Positions 1-10,219 of a stretch of 64,000 nucleotides of DNA are shown in pieces (position 1 is the stretch's first letter; the number at the start of each line of letters is the position of its first letter). The notes beneath the pieces were generated by a model. That model was not told the origin of the DNA, searched no databases, and saw only the letters and a program-made list of their open reading frames with translations. The position numbers and the translations under genes are program-made. The stretch comes from a virus: IMG/VR virus record IMGVR_UViG_3300025312_000002, positions 18,512-82,511 of that record; one strand, written 5' to 3'.

Positions 1-77
1 ATAGGAGGAATATTTTTTCTTTTCCTAAGAACAGGGGCAGGAACTATTTTTCTTTTTCTTAAAATGGGTTTTTCCAA
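1..77 (-). CDS. partial small basic protein (runs off window start)
   Basis: TTG start after GAGG; reads (M)EKPILRKKKIVPAPVLRKRKNIPP; not in ORF track. Confidence 0.4.
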   Translation of the reverse strand, partial: MEKPILRKRKIVPAPVLRKRKNIPP

Positions 78-234
78 TTATCCAATCCTCAATAAAACCC
101 AAATTAAAGTTGATAAATAGTTTCATCCTTCCCCAATTCCTTCTCTAGCTCCTTTATTTTCTTTTCCAAAGTGACCTTTGCTTTAGAATTTTTTGTCAAA
201 GAAAGAATTTGTCTTAATTCAAACAAGCGAGTTT

Positions 235-1077
235 TTACTGAAGTGATAGAATTGTTTTGCATTTTTCTAAATACTCCTTTTCTAGCATTGATCGAAAACC
301 ATATTGAGCAAGTATAGTAACAAAATTTTTATAAGAGAGCACAGGTTTTTTATCAGGAAGTTTAATTGCTGTTGTTCCAGGGTAAGGAAGAGAAACTAAA
401 GGTAAATTAAAATCAATTAATTCCTTGTTCGATACTATTTTCTGATGTGCTGCTGAAGTTATTTTCAGCTCTTTCTTCAGATACTTGATTGCTGTTTTAG
501 TTCCTATTGTAGGAATTCCGGGTATGCTGTCACTATCACATCCCGCTATAGCTTTAACATAAATCCATTGATTAGGAGGAATATTATACTCATCTTCAAA
601 ATTACCCTTGGAGAATTCTACTTTATTGTACAGAGAAACTCTGTCTGATAATAATTGGTAAAGATCATTATCAGTTGAAATAATAAGGAACGGAATGTCT
701 TTCTTTTCGTTTTGGATAATGGAAGCTATTAAATCATCAGCTTCATATCCTTCTTGGGAATAACTAAGAAAACCTATATTTGGAATAACTGATTCTTTCA
801 GCTCATTGAATTGTCGATAGCAAAGAGCATCAAACTCTTTTTCTTGTTCTGTTCTTTCCTGATGTCTTTTTCCTTTGTAACCAGGAAAATGTTCTTTCCG
901 AATAGATGTTTTACTGTCCCAAGTAAATATAAAATCATTTGTTTTGAATATTTTAGCAAGAGAAATGATTTTTCTAAGGAAACCAAAGACAACTCCTACC
1001 TCATTTCCTTCGTAAGAAAGATCAAGCGTGTGTTTTGCTTGGTAACAAATAGAACTGCTGTCAACTATGATTGTCAT
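235..1077 (-). CDS. 5'-3' exonuclease / flap endonuclease (PolI N-terminal/T5 D15-like)
   Basis: N-terminal IIVD, YKGKR, EADD, STDNDL, GCDSDSIPGIPTIGTKTA H3TH motif. Confidence 0.9.
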   Translation of the reverse strand: MTIIVDSSSICYQAKHTLDLSYEGNEVGVVFGFLRKIISLAKIFKTNDFIFTWDSKTSIRKEHFPGYKGKRHQERTEQEKEFDALCYRQFNELKESVIPNIGFLSYSQEGYEADDLIASIIQNEKKDIPFLIISTDNDLYQLLSDRVSLYNKVEFSKGNFEDEYNIPPNQWIYVKAIAGCDSDSIPGIPTIGTKTAIKYLKKELKITSAAHQKIVSNKELIDFNLPLVSLPYPGTTAIKLPDKKPVLSYKNFVTILAQYGFRSMLEKEYLEKCKTILSLQ

Positions 1078-1162
1078 ATGTTCCTTTTAAAGAAGAGGAA
1101 GGCTGGTACATACTTTCGATTTTGCCTTTCAGCAGACACCGCCAGTTCCTTCCTCTTCTAAG

Positions 1163-1339
1163 TTATTTTGTTTTTGCTTCTTGGATTTTAATTCGCACTT
1201 CTTGAGCAAGTCTTTTTACATCCTGTAAAGCAACTCTTGCTTTTGTTCCTGCTGATTTATTGCCTTTCCTCTCAAACTTTTCAATATTTTCTTTTGTTTC
1301 TGTTAAAATGTCTATCATTACATTAATCGTCTCAAGCAT
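1163..1339 (-). CDS. histone H1-like (Hc1-type) small DNA-binding protein
   Basis: 58-aa ORF not in track, overlapping recA stop (TAATG); contains GNKSAGTKARVALQ typical of the Hc1-like family. Confidence 0.65.
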   Translation of the reverse strand: MLETINVMIDILTETKENIEKFERKGNKSAGTKARVALQDVKRLAQEVRIKIQEAKTK

Positions 1340-2400
1340 TACAGCCTCCTTTTTGATGTTCTGTTTTGATTAAATTGTTTCTGAATACTTTCCCATAAAT
1401 CAATTGTTTGCTCCCTCAGTTGTTTTTCTAGTCCCTCACTTTCTATATGTTTTATTGCACTTTCCATTGACATAAACTCTTTTGTGAAAGCATTGTATTT
1501 TGCTGCTTTTGTCATATCTTTAAAATATTGTAAATTTGATCGAACATCATCTAATCCATAGTTGAAAATTATAGAAATAGGAGCTGTTCGATAAGGCTCA
1601 TCAATGGAACTTTTTGCAATTGTGCATGTGCTTTTAATCCCAATCACTTGTTTGACTTTTACTCCTGATTCAAGGGTGATTTCTTTTTCTATTTTACTTC
1701 CTTGAAATTGTGGGGTAATCTGAATTCGTAATGAAGCATAGAAAGGAAGTCCTAAACCTCCCGGAGTCACATTTCTTCCGTCTGTTCCTTGTCTGATTTG
1801 ATTCGTAAAAGCTATAACCCAATTATTATTAGCAATCAATCTACAGTTTTTTCTTAATCCAGCAGATATGTCTTTTGCTCTTTTCATGCCCATCTTATCT
1901 CCTTCTCCCATTTCTAATTCAGTAGAAAGAGCCGCAATTGAATCTCCTGCAAAAAGATTAAGTACTTTTGGGTTCTTAGGCTTCCATGTTTCAATCAGAC
2001 TGAAGATTTCTTCAACTGTATCGGGTCTGCTGTAATCAAAGAAGTCTTCTTGAACAATTACCCCATAAATTTGAGAATAAGCTTGATCCAGTCTTGCTTC
2101 AGGATCAGCAAACCTAACTTCACCTCCTCTCAATTGAGCTGAACCACATAATTCAGATAACACACCCGTTTTACCTGCACCTGAAGGACCAAAGATTTCA
2201 ACAAGAATCCCTCCCGGAACTCCCCCTCCTCTAACCTTCTTTCCTGAGATAGCAAGATCAAGGAGAGTGGAGCCTGTTGAGACAGTTAAATCAAAGTTTC
2301 CCTCGTTAGGCTTAAAGTCTAAATCAGTTTTACTCTCTTCTTTGGCACTTTCTTTGATCTGCTCAATGTCAGATTTTTTCTTCTTTAGTAGGAGAGGCAT
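1339..2400 (-). CDS. recA: RecA/UvsX-like recombinase
   Basis: STGSTLLDLA, Walker A GPSGAGKT, DSIAAL, NQIR, TPGG..FYASLRI. Confidence 0.93.
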   Translation of the reverse strand: MPLLLKKKKSDIEQIKESAKEESKTDLDFKPNEGNFDLTVSTGSTLLDLAISGKKVRGGGVPGGILVEIFGPSGAGKTGVLSELCGSAQLRGGEVRFADPEARLDQAYSQIYGVIVQEDFFDYSRPDTVEEIFSLIETWKPKNPKVLNLFAGDSIAALSTELEMGEGDKMGMKRAKDISAGLRKNCRLIANNNWVIAFTNQIRQGTDGRNVTPGGLGLPFYASLRIQITPQFQGSKIEKEITLESGVKVKQVIGIKSTCTIAKSSIDEPYRTAPISIIFNYGLDDVRSNLQYFKDMTKAAKYNAFTKEFMSMESAIKHIESEGLEKQLREQTIDLWESIQKQFNQNRTSKRRL

Positions 2401-3470
2401 TAGCGGCCTGGCCTTCTTCTTGGCCCTGTAGTTTCGGGTTCTTTTGTTTTAGGAGCAGGAGCTTTTGTTTTAGGTTTTGCTGCTTCGAGCAATGCTTTCT
2501 GCTTGTCTTCACAATAAAGACGGATTTCACATGTGTTGCAATCTTCAAACTCATCAAATTGCTTTCCGAACTCAACTCCTTCAAAAATACACTCTGTCGG
2601 AAGTTCTTCTGTTGCCTCTTCTTTTACGTCAGGTTCAAAAGGAGGAACATCTTCATTATCTTCATGTCTAATTGTTTCTTCTTCTTCTGAACGAACAACA
2701 GTGCTTTCAGGCTCTTCCTGATGCAAAGCTTTGTAAACTTCTTCATAGGTCGGGATGTAGAAAAGCTCATCTAAGCAATGAGCGGACTCAAGGAGTTCAT
2801 CTGTAAGAGGCTCCCTATCAAGGAAGTGGAAAGAAGTATAATCAACTTTATTCCCTGTCTTTCCTGTTTTTTTGTCTTTAAAAGTTCCTCCTTTTACTTT
2901 AAAAGAAATTGTTTTTCCGACTGTCTTGCCTGCATAATTAACAACACCTCCGCCTTTAGGAAGTTCTGCTGCTTCGTCAAGAGGCTTACTAAAAGAAAAT
3001 TGTGCAACTTCAAAAATCTGAACCCCCTTTGCTTGTTCTTTCGGAGAGTCAATAACTTCAACATTGTAAATCATTCTTCTCTTAGGATAGAAAGCATTTA
3101 CTATGTCATTATCTTCTCCGTCCTCTCTAAGTTTTGCTTGGTATTCACAAACCGGACATGCTTTCTTATAGGCTCTTGCAAGGCAAATGTAGGAGTCTTT
3201 TGTTGGGCCTATATTTGTATGAACAGGAACTTCTACATAATGGACAATCTTGCCTTCTGAATGAATCGGATCAAATGCTCCTGCAATATAGGGAATGATA
3301 TTTATTTGATGTTCATCTTCTGCAAACTTTTTGATCATCTTTTCTTTTGGAGCATCATCCTTGAAAATAGTTTTATATATCCCTCCCGCATCTTCTTTTC
3401 TTGCATGGGATTCTTTTACGCTTTCTGCTGTTCCCTGATCCCAAGCTTTGTTGTCAAATTTAGATTTCAT
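2400..3470 (-). CDS. single-stranded DNA-binding protein (T4 gp32-like)
   Basis: H..C..CPVC zinc motif, acidic C-terminal region, position next to recA. Confidence 0.7.
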   Translation of the reverse strand: MKSKFDNKAWDQGTAESVKESHARKEDAGGIYKTIFKDDAPKEKMIKKFAEDEHQINIIPYIAGAFDPIHSEGKIVHYVEVPVHTNIGPTKDSYICLARAYKKACPVCEYQAKLREDGEDNDIVNAFYPKRRMIYNVEVIDSPKEQAKGVQIFEVAQFSFSKPLDEAAELPKGGGVVNYAGKTVGKTISFKVKGGTFKDKKTGKTGNKVDYTSFHFLDREPLTDELLESAHCLDELFYIPTYEEVYKALHQEEPESTVVRSEEEETIRHEDNEDVPPFEPDVKEEATEELPTECIFEGVEFGKQFDEFEDCNTCEIRLYCEDKQKALLEAAKPKTKAPAPKTKEPETTGPRRRPGR

Positions 3471-3603
3471 TTTTTATGCTCCTTTTCTTCTAATTTTTTT
3501 ACTTGAAAATATGCTTTAAATACTGCCCATGCTCCTATTTTGATAATTAGATAAAAACCAGATATTCCTACAATTGCATAGAAAAAATAGCCCCACTTCA
3601 TAT

Positions 3604-4107
3604 TTATGCCTTTCTTTTCAGTGAAGGTTTGAGAGGTTCAGCATTTAAAGCCTCAACCTGTTTTTCCCTTGATTTTTCTGATATGTTGTCTCTAATACTT
3701 TTTCCTCTATTGGCAGAAAAATATCCTGCTGTGAAGAGTTTAGCAGTAATATCCAAAGCTCTTCCCCTTTGTTCAATAGCATCTTTTGCAGCTTGATAAA
3801 GATTGACTTCATATTGAAGATCAATTAAGTGAAGTTGTGCATCTGATACCGATTTATGAAGAGGTATCTTAGAATTGATAAATGTTTCTGTTGGCGCTTT
3901 ATCAGCATCCCATCCATACTTCTCTGCATTTTTTCTAATATCAGCAGAAGCATCAGCAGTAATTACAGTTAAATTTTCTTTTGCTTTATCTCTAGCAAGA
4001 ACAGCTTGAGCATGTTTTTCCGCCCATTCATAATAAAGACTTGCTTGTTCTAAAGCTTGATCATCAAGGTTGCCCTTGTCAAGTTTAAGGCTTTCTTTTA
4101 AATCCAT
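3604..4107 (-). CDS. helical protein, possible UvsY-like recombination mediator
   Basis: Coiled-coil character, size and synteny with SSB/RecA. Confidence 0.45.
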   Translation of the reverse strand: MDLKESLKLDKGNLDDQALEQASLYYEWAEKHAQAVLARDKAKENLTVITADASADIRKNAEKYGWDADKAPTETFINSKIPLHKSVSDAQLHLIDLQYEVNLYQAAKDAIEQRGRALDITAKLFTAGYFSANRGKSIRDNISEKSREKQVEALNAEPLKPSLKRKA

Positions 4108-4788
4108 TTATTCTCCTCCTTCTATGTCTTCAAACACAACAGAGACACTACTTTTTAATTCTTTCAATAAAGGAATCATCAATTCTCTCATCTGAGGATG
4201 GGCAGCTTTTGAAGTTCTCTGTTTTAGAATAAGTCTCCATTCTCTTAAATTTGCCGTTATTACTAGTTCTGTTTTTAATGAGTTAGGAAGAACAGCTCTA
4301 GCTTGTTGAGGAAGCCAGTTATATTTTAAAAGAGATAAATAAAGCTCCTCCGCTTTAACCATAGCTTCTAACCATATAGAATCTTGAAAATATGTAGGAT
4401 ATGAGCTGTATTCTTTTTCAGGAACTTTTTGTAAGAAATCTTTTTTGTAAAGACCTTCAGAAAGATTACTCCATTGAGGGATAATAAATGTAACTCCTCC
4501 GTTATAATCACAATATCTTGTACTTTCCTGAGAAAAGGAACAAAGTCTATGCCGCACAAGTTCATGTGAAACTCCACGATCACAAATGAATTTGATTGAA
4601 AGAAATTCATGTTCAATTACAGACTCATGTCCTGATTTAATTATTTTTCTTACAAACTCTTTTGCAGAACTAGAAGTTATACTCTTCTCAGATTTATAAC
4701 AAATCCTTCCTGCTCTTTCAATATTTTCGAGAATTGTTGAAGAGTCAATGCCTGTTAAAATCTTATAATTTGGTTTTATTAAGAACAT
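4108..4788 (-). CDS. thyX: flavin-dependent thymidylate synthase
   Basis: GHESVIEH, RGVSHELVRHR..SFSQESTRY, ARAVLP, NLREW motifs. Confidence 0.96.
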   Translation of the reverse strand: MFLIKPNYKILTGIDSSTILENIERAGRICYKSEKSITSSSAKEFVRKIIKSGHESVIEHEFLSIKFICDRGVSHELVRHRLCSFSQESTRYCDYNGGVTFIIPQWSNLSEGLYKKDFLQKVPEKEYSSYPTYFQDSIWLEAMVKAEELYLSLLKYNWLPQQARAVLPNSLKTELVITANLREWRLILKQRTSKAAHPQMRELMIPLLKELKSSVSVVFEDIEGGE

Positions 4789-4891
4789 TTATTTTTCCTT
4801 CCCCACAGAAAATAGAGCTGTTATACAAATCCCTATTCCCATCCCTAAATAAAATGCAAGTATCATCCAGTTCCAATGAAGCATAATTACC

Positions 4892-5851
4892 TCATATTTT
4901 ACAAGCATAGTAAAACGATCTGATCATTCCAGACTTTCCTAAATAAAACCAAGAATCAGTGAAACATCCTAACAGTTCAGCTACCCGATCATCTGAGGAA
5001 CGATTAAGTAAAACAGCACCCAAATATCCTAATGTAGAACGCCTTACTTTCTCAGGCTCAAGATCAATTTCTTTAATGGTTGCTCGTATTCTATCCCATT
5101 TCCCTGTTGATTTAGTCTCAAGCAGGATTTGAAACACTTCTTTCAGCTCTTTAATATCATCAGCAATAAAGGAACTGACAGCCTCAACAGCTTCTTGTTC
5201 ATCAGTAATATCTATAACCTGATCTAGAATAACCAATGCTTGTCTTGGACTTCCTTCTGAAGCCTGAATAATTTTATCAATGACTTTTCCTGAAAAATCA
5301 TCAATTCCTTCTCCAACAACAACATCATTGAGAAATTGTTTCATTGTGTTATTCAGTAAAGGATGAACTTGATATGTAGAACATCGTGTATGGATTGTTT
5401 TTAAGAGTTTTTCAGGTTCCGTTGTACAAAGAATAAAGAAAACATGAGACGGGGCATCCTCAAGAAGTTTGAGTAAAGAGTTCTGGAAATCAACAGTTGT
5501 TCTGTGAACTTCGTCCAGAATATAGACTTTTACACTTCCTGAAGAAGGAGCATATCTGCAATTCTGATCTATTTCCCGAACTGTATCAATCCCTCTCATG
5601 TTAGCAGTATTGTATTCAAAAAGATCATCAGGACCACATTTTAAAAGAGAAGCAATGATTCTTCCAAAGGTAGTTTTCCCGCACCCACTTGGGCCGGTAA
5701 ACAGGTAAGCATGAGGGAAATCTGACTTCCTTGCAAAGATTGAAGCCAAGGAAGTCTTGATTGAATCATTTCCATAAACTTCTTCTAATGAAGAAGGACG
5801 TAATGAAATGTGCAAAGGCATATTACTTTCCCTCTTCTTCTTTGGGCTCAA
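4892..5851 (-). CDS. clamp loader AAA+ ATPase (DnaX gamma/tau-like)
   Basis: LRPSSL, HAYLFTGPSGCGKTT, ILDEVH, LLKLLEDAP, TIHTRC. Confidence 0.9.
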   Translation of the reverse strand: MSPKKKRESNMPLHISLRPSSLEEVYGNDSIKTSLASIFARKSDFPHAYLFTGPSGCGKTTFGRIIASLLKCGPDDLFEYNTANMRGIDTVREIDQNCRYAPSSGSVKVYILDEVHRTTVDFQNSLLKLLEDAPSHVFFILCTTEPEKLLKTIHTRCSTYQVHPLLNNTMKQFLNDVVVGEGIDDFSGKVIDKIIQASEGSPRQALVILDQVIDITDEQEAVEAVSSFIADDIKELKEVFQILLETKSTGKWDRIRATIKEIDLEPEKVRRSTLGYLGAVLLNRSSDDRVAELLGCFTDSWFYLGKSGMIRSFYYACKI

Positions 5852-6290
5852 TAAACACTACAATGCACTCAACCTCATTCATACTCGCTGCGGAAAGAGT
5901 GTTTTCAGGAAAGGTAGCAAGATCAATGATGATCTTTTTGAAAGGAAGTTCAGCTTCTTCTTTTAAAAGAACTGTAAATTCTTCTTCAAATTTTATTCTT
6001 TCTGCATCGGGAATAACAAAAGAGCCGTTCTTTTCTTTTTTAGGTTTTCCATTCTCGTCTTTTTCTGAAATTATGTTTAATCGTTCCATTCGTAATTCTT
6101 CAATAGTTTTTGTTATTGAAATTAACTCATTCCTAAAACGTCTGAGCCAATACTTAATAGAAGCAGGAATTACTTCATTGTTAACCAAAGAATTAAATCC
6201 CCTGCTATTCATTAAAGCAATAACTTCTCCCTTTGTTAGTGTAACATCTTGAAACTGTGGAACTTCAATAACATTTGATTTTTTAGTCAT
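5823..6290 (-). CDS. hypothetical protein
   Basis: 155-aa ORF with strong SD and its own promoter. Confidence 0.6.
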   Translation of the reverse strand: MTKKSNVIEVPQFQDVTLTKGEVIALMNSRGFNSLVNNEVIPASIKYWLRRFRNELISITKTIEELRMERLNIISEKDENGKPKKEKNGSFVIPDAERIKFEEEFTVLLKEEAELPFKKIIIDLATFPENTLSAASMNEVECIVVFIEPKEEEGK

Positions 6291-6296
6291 AGCTTC

Positions 6297-6340
6297 CTCC
6301 TTTTATTTTTAATATAACACATTTTCCTAAAAACTGTAAA
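6297..6340 (-). promoter_or_regulatory. sigma70-like promoter plus SD; identical 44-bp copy at 19592-19635
   Basis: TTTACA-N18-TATATT with extended TG, followed by AAAAGGAG. Confidence 0.7.
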
Positions 6341-6345
6341 AATAC

Positions 6346-8934
6346 TTACATTTTAAGTTCTTTTTCATGGTACCAGCTCTCATCAATTTCGGTGATCGAA
6401 AACTCAATTTCTAAAGGTACAATTATCCAAGGAAATACTTTTCTAATCCTTATGGTTGCTACTTCTATTGATAAAGCAACTATTTCTTCCTGTTCTTCTG
6501 GAACTAAATCATAAATACAACAATCATGGATTTGTGCAATTATCTTAGTTTTTAACCTCCTTTTCTTTATTTCTTCAGCAATTTCAATTATAGACCAAAG
6601 CAGTCTATGAAAGGCCGTGCCTTGAAAACGGTAATTAATTATTTCATTTTTACCTAAATACCCTCCTACCCTGAATCCGTCAAACATTTCAACGAGACCT
6701 GTATTAGCAAACTCTTTTATTGCCTGATCTTGCCACTTCTTAAACACATTGAATTTAATCCAGTAATTTTTTTCAACCTTCTTAACATGATCTTCAAACT
6801 GCTGATAAGTCAAAATTCCTTTGGAATTTAAATGTTGAAAAAGAGAAGTTCCGTCAACTAATTTAAGCTTAGGAACTTCAGCCCAAAGAGTCTTGGCTGT
6901 ACTAACATAGTATGATCCATAGAATTCAGGAAATACAAATCCGTTCTTTGCATAAAATCTTATGTCTTTAGAAACTTGCTTTTGATTGAGTTTAAACAAT
7001 TCTGCTGCCGTATCTCTGTGCATATCTGTTGAAGGATCATTAATATAAGCAATTAATGTTGGGTCTTTCGTGTAACATGCTGCTGTCCTGACTTCAATTG
7101 ATCCATAATCCCAATCTAATAATTTATTTCCTTTACTTGGAATAATCCCTAACCTAGTAACTTGTTTAGCTTCTTCATCTCTTACTGGAATGTTTTGCCA
7201 GTTGGGAGAATCTGCACTTGAGCGAAAAGTAATGGGAATATGCAGATTGAAAAAAGGTCTGATTCGATCATCATCGTTAATTTCCTTGAGGAATAAACCT
7301 ACATAGTCTCTCATTTTCTTAATTCTACGCTTTGCAAGGATTATTTTAGCAATTGGATGATTGATTTCATTGACTGCTGTCTTATCTGTTGCATCTAAGC
7401 CTGTTGTTGTTTTGTTCTTGGAAGCTAATTTCATTACAGTGAAGAAAAGTTTTCGTAAATCAGTTGTTGACTCAAAATCAAGCTCTTTGTGAAGCATTGT
7501 TTCGAACTGTTGAACTTCAGGAAATTTCCTTAGCTCCTGCTCTTTCTCTTTTAGCTGTTCAGTCAAATCAAGAAATTCTTGGGAGTAATATCTTGTGTTT
7601 GCATTTATGCCTGTAATTTGAATATCTGCAAATAAATCTAAACCTTTCTGGAAAAACTGCCTTGCTGATTCTTGCTTCGGATGTCTCTCAAAAAACTCTT
7701 TTTGTTTATTAAAAAGCCATTTAGTCATTAATGAATCTGTTGCAGAATAAAGCAAGAGTTCATCAACAGGAGCTTCCATTACTTTATTAAATCCTTTAGT
7801 ATCAGTTGTTTCCAAATACTTCTTGATTGATTTACTATAATCATCAATCCCAAAGTTTATGTATGCTTGGAATTTTAAACTTGTTCCTTTCTGAGGATCA
7901 ATAATATGAGCAGAATTCATTGTGCAATAATCCAAATTGCTTATCTTAGGAATTTTGAACACCCATCTACTCCATACAGATTCAAATTTACTGTTGGCTG
8001 CTATCTTTTTTATATCAGGATCAAGTAGTATTTTTATCCAAAGATCAGTAATAGTTTTAAATTCTTTAAAGTGCCAAGGATGTTTAAAATGATCATAGAG
8101 AAAAGAAAAAGCATACTCGTCATTATCACAACCTGAAATAGCAGCAATTGTATGTCCTTCATTGAATGGTTTTAGCCCTGTTGTTTCATAATCAAAAGAA
8201 AAGTGTTCAGGCTTTTCTTTTAATATGATTTCTAGGATGTCTGTAATGTCAGCAAAGGACTTTAAAGGGAAAAGGTAGTCAAGGTAAGGCTTGTGTTCAA
8301 AAGGCTCTAATTTAGTTCCTCTCACAGCAAAATCTAAATCTCTATTGAATACCCCATTTGTTACAGGATCATTTTCATTCCTAAGCAAATAGGAAGGATG
8401 ATACATCGGGAAAATGTATGCCCCTGTCTTTTTATCAGGGATACAAAGATTTCTCCAATTCCCAACTTCCAAATCAGAAAATCTATCTAGGAAAGTAGAT
8501 TCTAAAGCAGACTTCCCAAACAAGAAAATATAATCAGGCTTCAGTTCTTTAATAGATTTATCAATTTTATCTTTACAGCATTTGATTTCCTGCTTTGTTG
8601 GTTTTCTATTCTCTCCATTTTCTGTGACTCGGCAGCGAATGGAATTGTCTTTCCAACAATCTAAATCTAAATCTATTCCTCTTTCAGCTAATCTTTCTCT
8701 TAGTAATTGACCTGCTCTCCCAACTAATTGAGTGTTCTGCTTGCTTTCAGTTTCTCCAGGAGCTTCACAAAGCATATAGATTTTCTTAGCCCCTTTTCCA
8801 GATACAGGCATTCTAGGATTGATACAGCTTTTATAAGCTCCACATTTAATACAAGCATCTTCAACAATGTTCTTCCCGACATTCATTTCAGCAAGATCAT
8901 CATTGTCAAAAAAGCCTCTTCTAACAATTGTCAT
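6346..8934 (-). CDS. polA: family A DNA polymerase with N-terminal family-4 uracil-DNA-glycosylase-like domain and 3'-5' exonuclease
   Basis: UDG motifs CEAPG, HPSYLLR and Cys cluster; exo DYETTG; Pol motifs PNWQNIP, DYGSIEVR, RFYAKNGFVFPEFYG, QIHD. Confidence 0.93.
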   Translation of the reverse strand: MTIVRRGFFDNDDLAEMNVGKNIVEDACIKCGAYKSCINPRMPVSGKGAKKIYMLCEAPGETESKQNTQLVGRAGQLLRERLAERGIDLDLDCWKDNSIRCRVTENGENRKPTKQEIKCCKDKIDKSIKELKPDYIFLFGKSALESTFLDRFSDLEVGNWRNLCIPDKKTGAYIFPMYHPSYLLRNENDPVTNGVFNRDLDFAVRGTKLEPFEHKPYLDYLFPLKSFADITDILEIILKEKPEHFSFDYETTGLKPFNEGHTIAAISGCDNDEYAFSFLYDHFKHPWHFKEFKTITDLWIKILLDPDIKKIAANSKFESVWSRWVFKIPKISNLDYCTMNSAHIIDPQKGTSLKFQAYINFGIDDYSKSIKKYLETTDTKGFNKVMEAPVDELLLYSATDSLMTKWLFNKQKEFFERHPKQESARQFFQKGLDLFADIQITGINANTRYYSQEFLDLTEQLKEKEQELRKFPEVQQFETMLHKELDFESTTDLRKLFFTVMKLASKNKTTTGLDATDKTAVNEINHPIAKIILAKRRIKKMRDYVGLFLKEINDDDRIRPFFNLHIPITFRSSADSPNWQNIPVRDEEAKQVTRLGIIPSKGNKLLDWDYGSIEVRTAACYTKDPTLIAYINDPSTDMHRDTAAELFKLNQKQVSKDIRFYAKNGFVFPEFYGSYYVSTAKTLWAEVPKLKLVDGTSLFQHLNSKGILTYQQFEDHVKKVEKNYWIKFNVFKKWQDQAIKEFANTGLVEMFDGFRVGGYLGKNEIINYRFQGTAFHRLLWSIIEIAEEIKKRRLKTKIIAQIHDCCIYDLVPEEQEEIVALSIEVATIRIRKVFPWIIVPLEIEFSITEIDESWYHEKELKM

Positions 8935-9980
8935 TAATCCTCCAAGGGCAACATGATTATGTGGGAAAACCCGTCAGATTGAAATAAAGCACAAGTATCA
9001 GACAAAATCATTGAGGTTGTTTTTGAGAGAACTTGAGCAAGGAATATCGGATTAACAAGAAATTGAATTGCTGCCCCTTTATATTTGAAGTCAAGTTTCT
9101 TTTCAATCCATCCAGTTTGTTTCTCTGCTCTACAGATAATTTTGTTCTTGTCAATCTTAATAGAGATTGTTTTATTCATATCAACATCTCCATCACTTAG
9201 GAAGGTGATAGAATTTAGCGTTTCTGCGAGTTCTGAGGGCAGTTCTATAGGAGTTCCTTGAATATTGAACCTCTTTCTTAGGTTTTTAAAAGTCCCTAGT
9301 ATTTTCTTCGCTGAGAAGGTTACATCATCTGCTGTTTTAAAATGTATCCAATTATCAGATTCACAATAATGAGTTAGATTTGTAAATTTGACAAGCTCTT
9401 GAACATCTTTTACCGGAATAAGGAATTCAGGCATTTCACCTGAAATAACTGCCCATGAAGCTCGAATACTATCCGAGGAAAATATATTTTCCTCCTTCAC
9501 ATAAATACAAGAGAGAGTTCCCATTGACAAATCTTTAGCAGCAGAAAACATACACAGGTATAAGCCCTGAATAAAATCTTCAGGAAGTTCAGCCCATTCA
9601 TTCATTTCCTTTTTGAGATTGTTGACAAGTTTTTCAACTTTATCCTTATCATCAAGCAAGGTAGGCATACCGGCACTTGTGCTTTCAGAAGTGATTGTGA
9701 GCTGATCATCTTCAAGTGTGAAATTCAATTCACCTGCTTCAGTACCAGATATGATCTTGTAGAATTCATCTCCTTTAACAGAAAAAGAAACTCTTTCATC
9801 AGCATCTTTTCCTATTTCAAAAGGGTGGATAATTGCAATCTGATCTGAAAAAGTAGCAACATCATCACCGAGAAACATAAAGTGAGTTGATTGTTCTACA
9901 ATACCCTTAGAAGCTAATCCAGGCTTTAATTTCTGTAATGTGCCAAATAGTTCATTTCGATCAATTTTAAAAGCGTTCAT
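8934..9980 (-). CDS. DNA sliding clamp (beta-clamp-like)
   Basis: ~350 aa three-domain pattern, SSDSIRA, C-terminal HIIMLP, adjacent to polymerase. Confidence 0.75.
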   Translation of the reverse strand: MNAFKIDRNELFGTLQKLKPGLASKGIVEQSTHFMFLGDDVATFSDQIAIIHPFEIGKDADERVSFSVKGDEFYKIISGTEAGELNFTLEDDQLTITSESTSAGMPTLLDDKDKVEKLVNNLKKEMNEWAELPEDFIQGLYLCMFSAAKDLSMGTLSCIYVKEENIFSSDSIRASWAVISGEMPEFLIPVKDVQELVKFTNLTHYCESDNWIHFKTADDVTFSAKKILGTFKNLRKRFNIQGTPIELPSELAETLNSITFLSDGDVDMNKTISIKIDKNKIICRAEKQTGWIEKKLDFKYKGAAIQFLVNPIFLAQVLSKTTSMILSDTCALFQSDGFSHIIMLPLED

Positions 9981-10219
9981 TTGTTCTCCTTAATTAAGTG
10001 TAGGATTTCCAGAACTATTTTCTTCATCATATACGTCATTTTCTTGTTTTACTAAATCAGCAATGAGATTATGAGCTACGTTAGTTATAAACTCACGGCT
10101 GAAGTATCCGTCTGAATAAACATCAAATGTATCATTGTCTTTGTCTATTCCTACAGCAACTATAAAATTATCAACTTCTGCGGTTTCTAATAACCCTCGA
10201 ATTTTTGTAAGAACTTCAC

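Noticed and set aside
1100-1135. GGCAAA..CGAAAG resembling a c-di-GMP-I riboswitch
   Set aside because: Rest of the aptamer not recognisable
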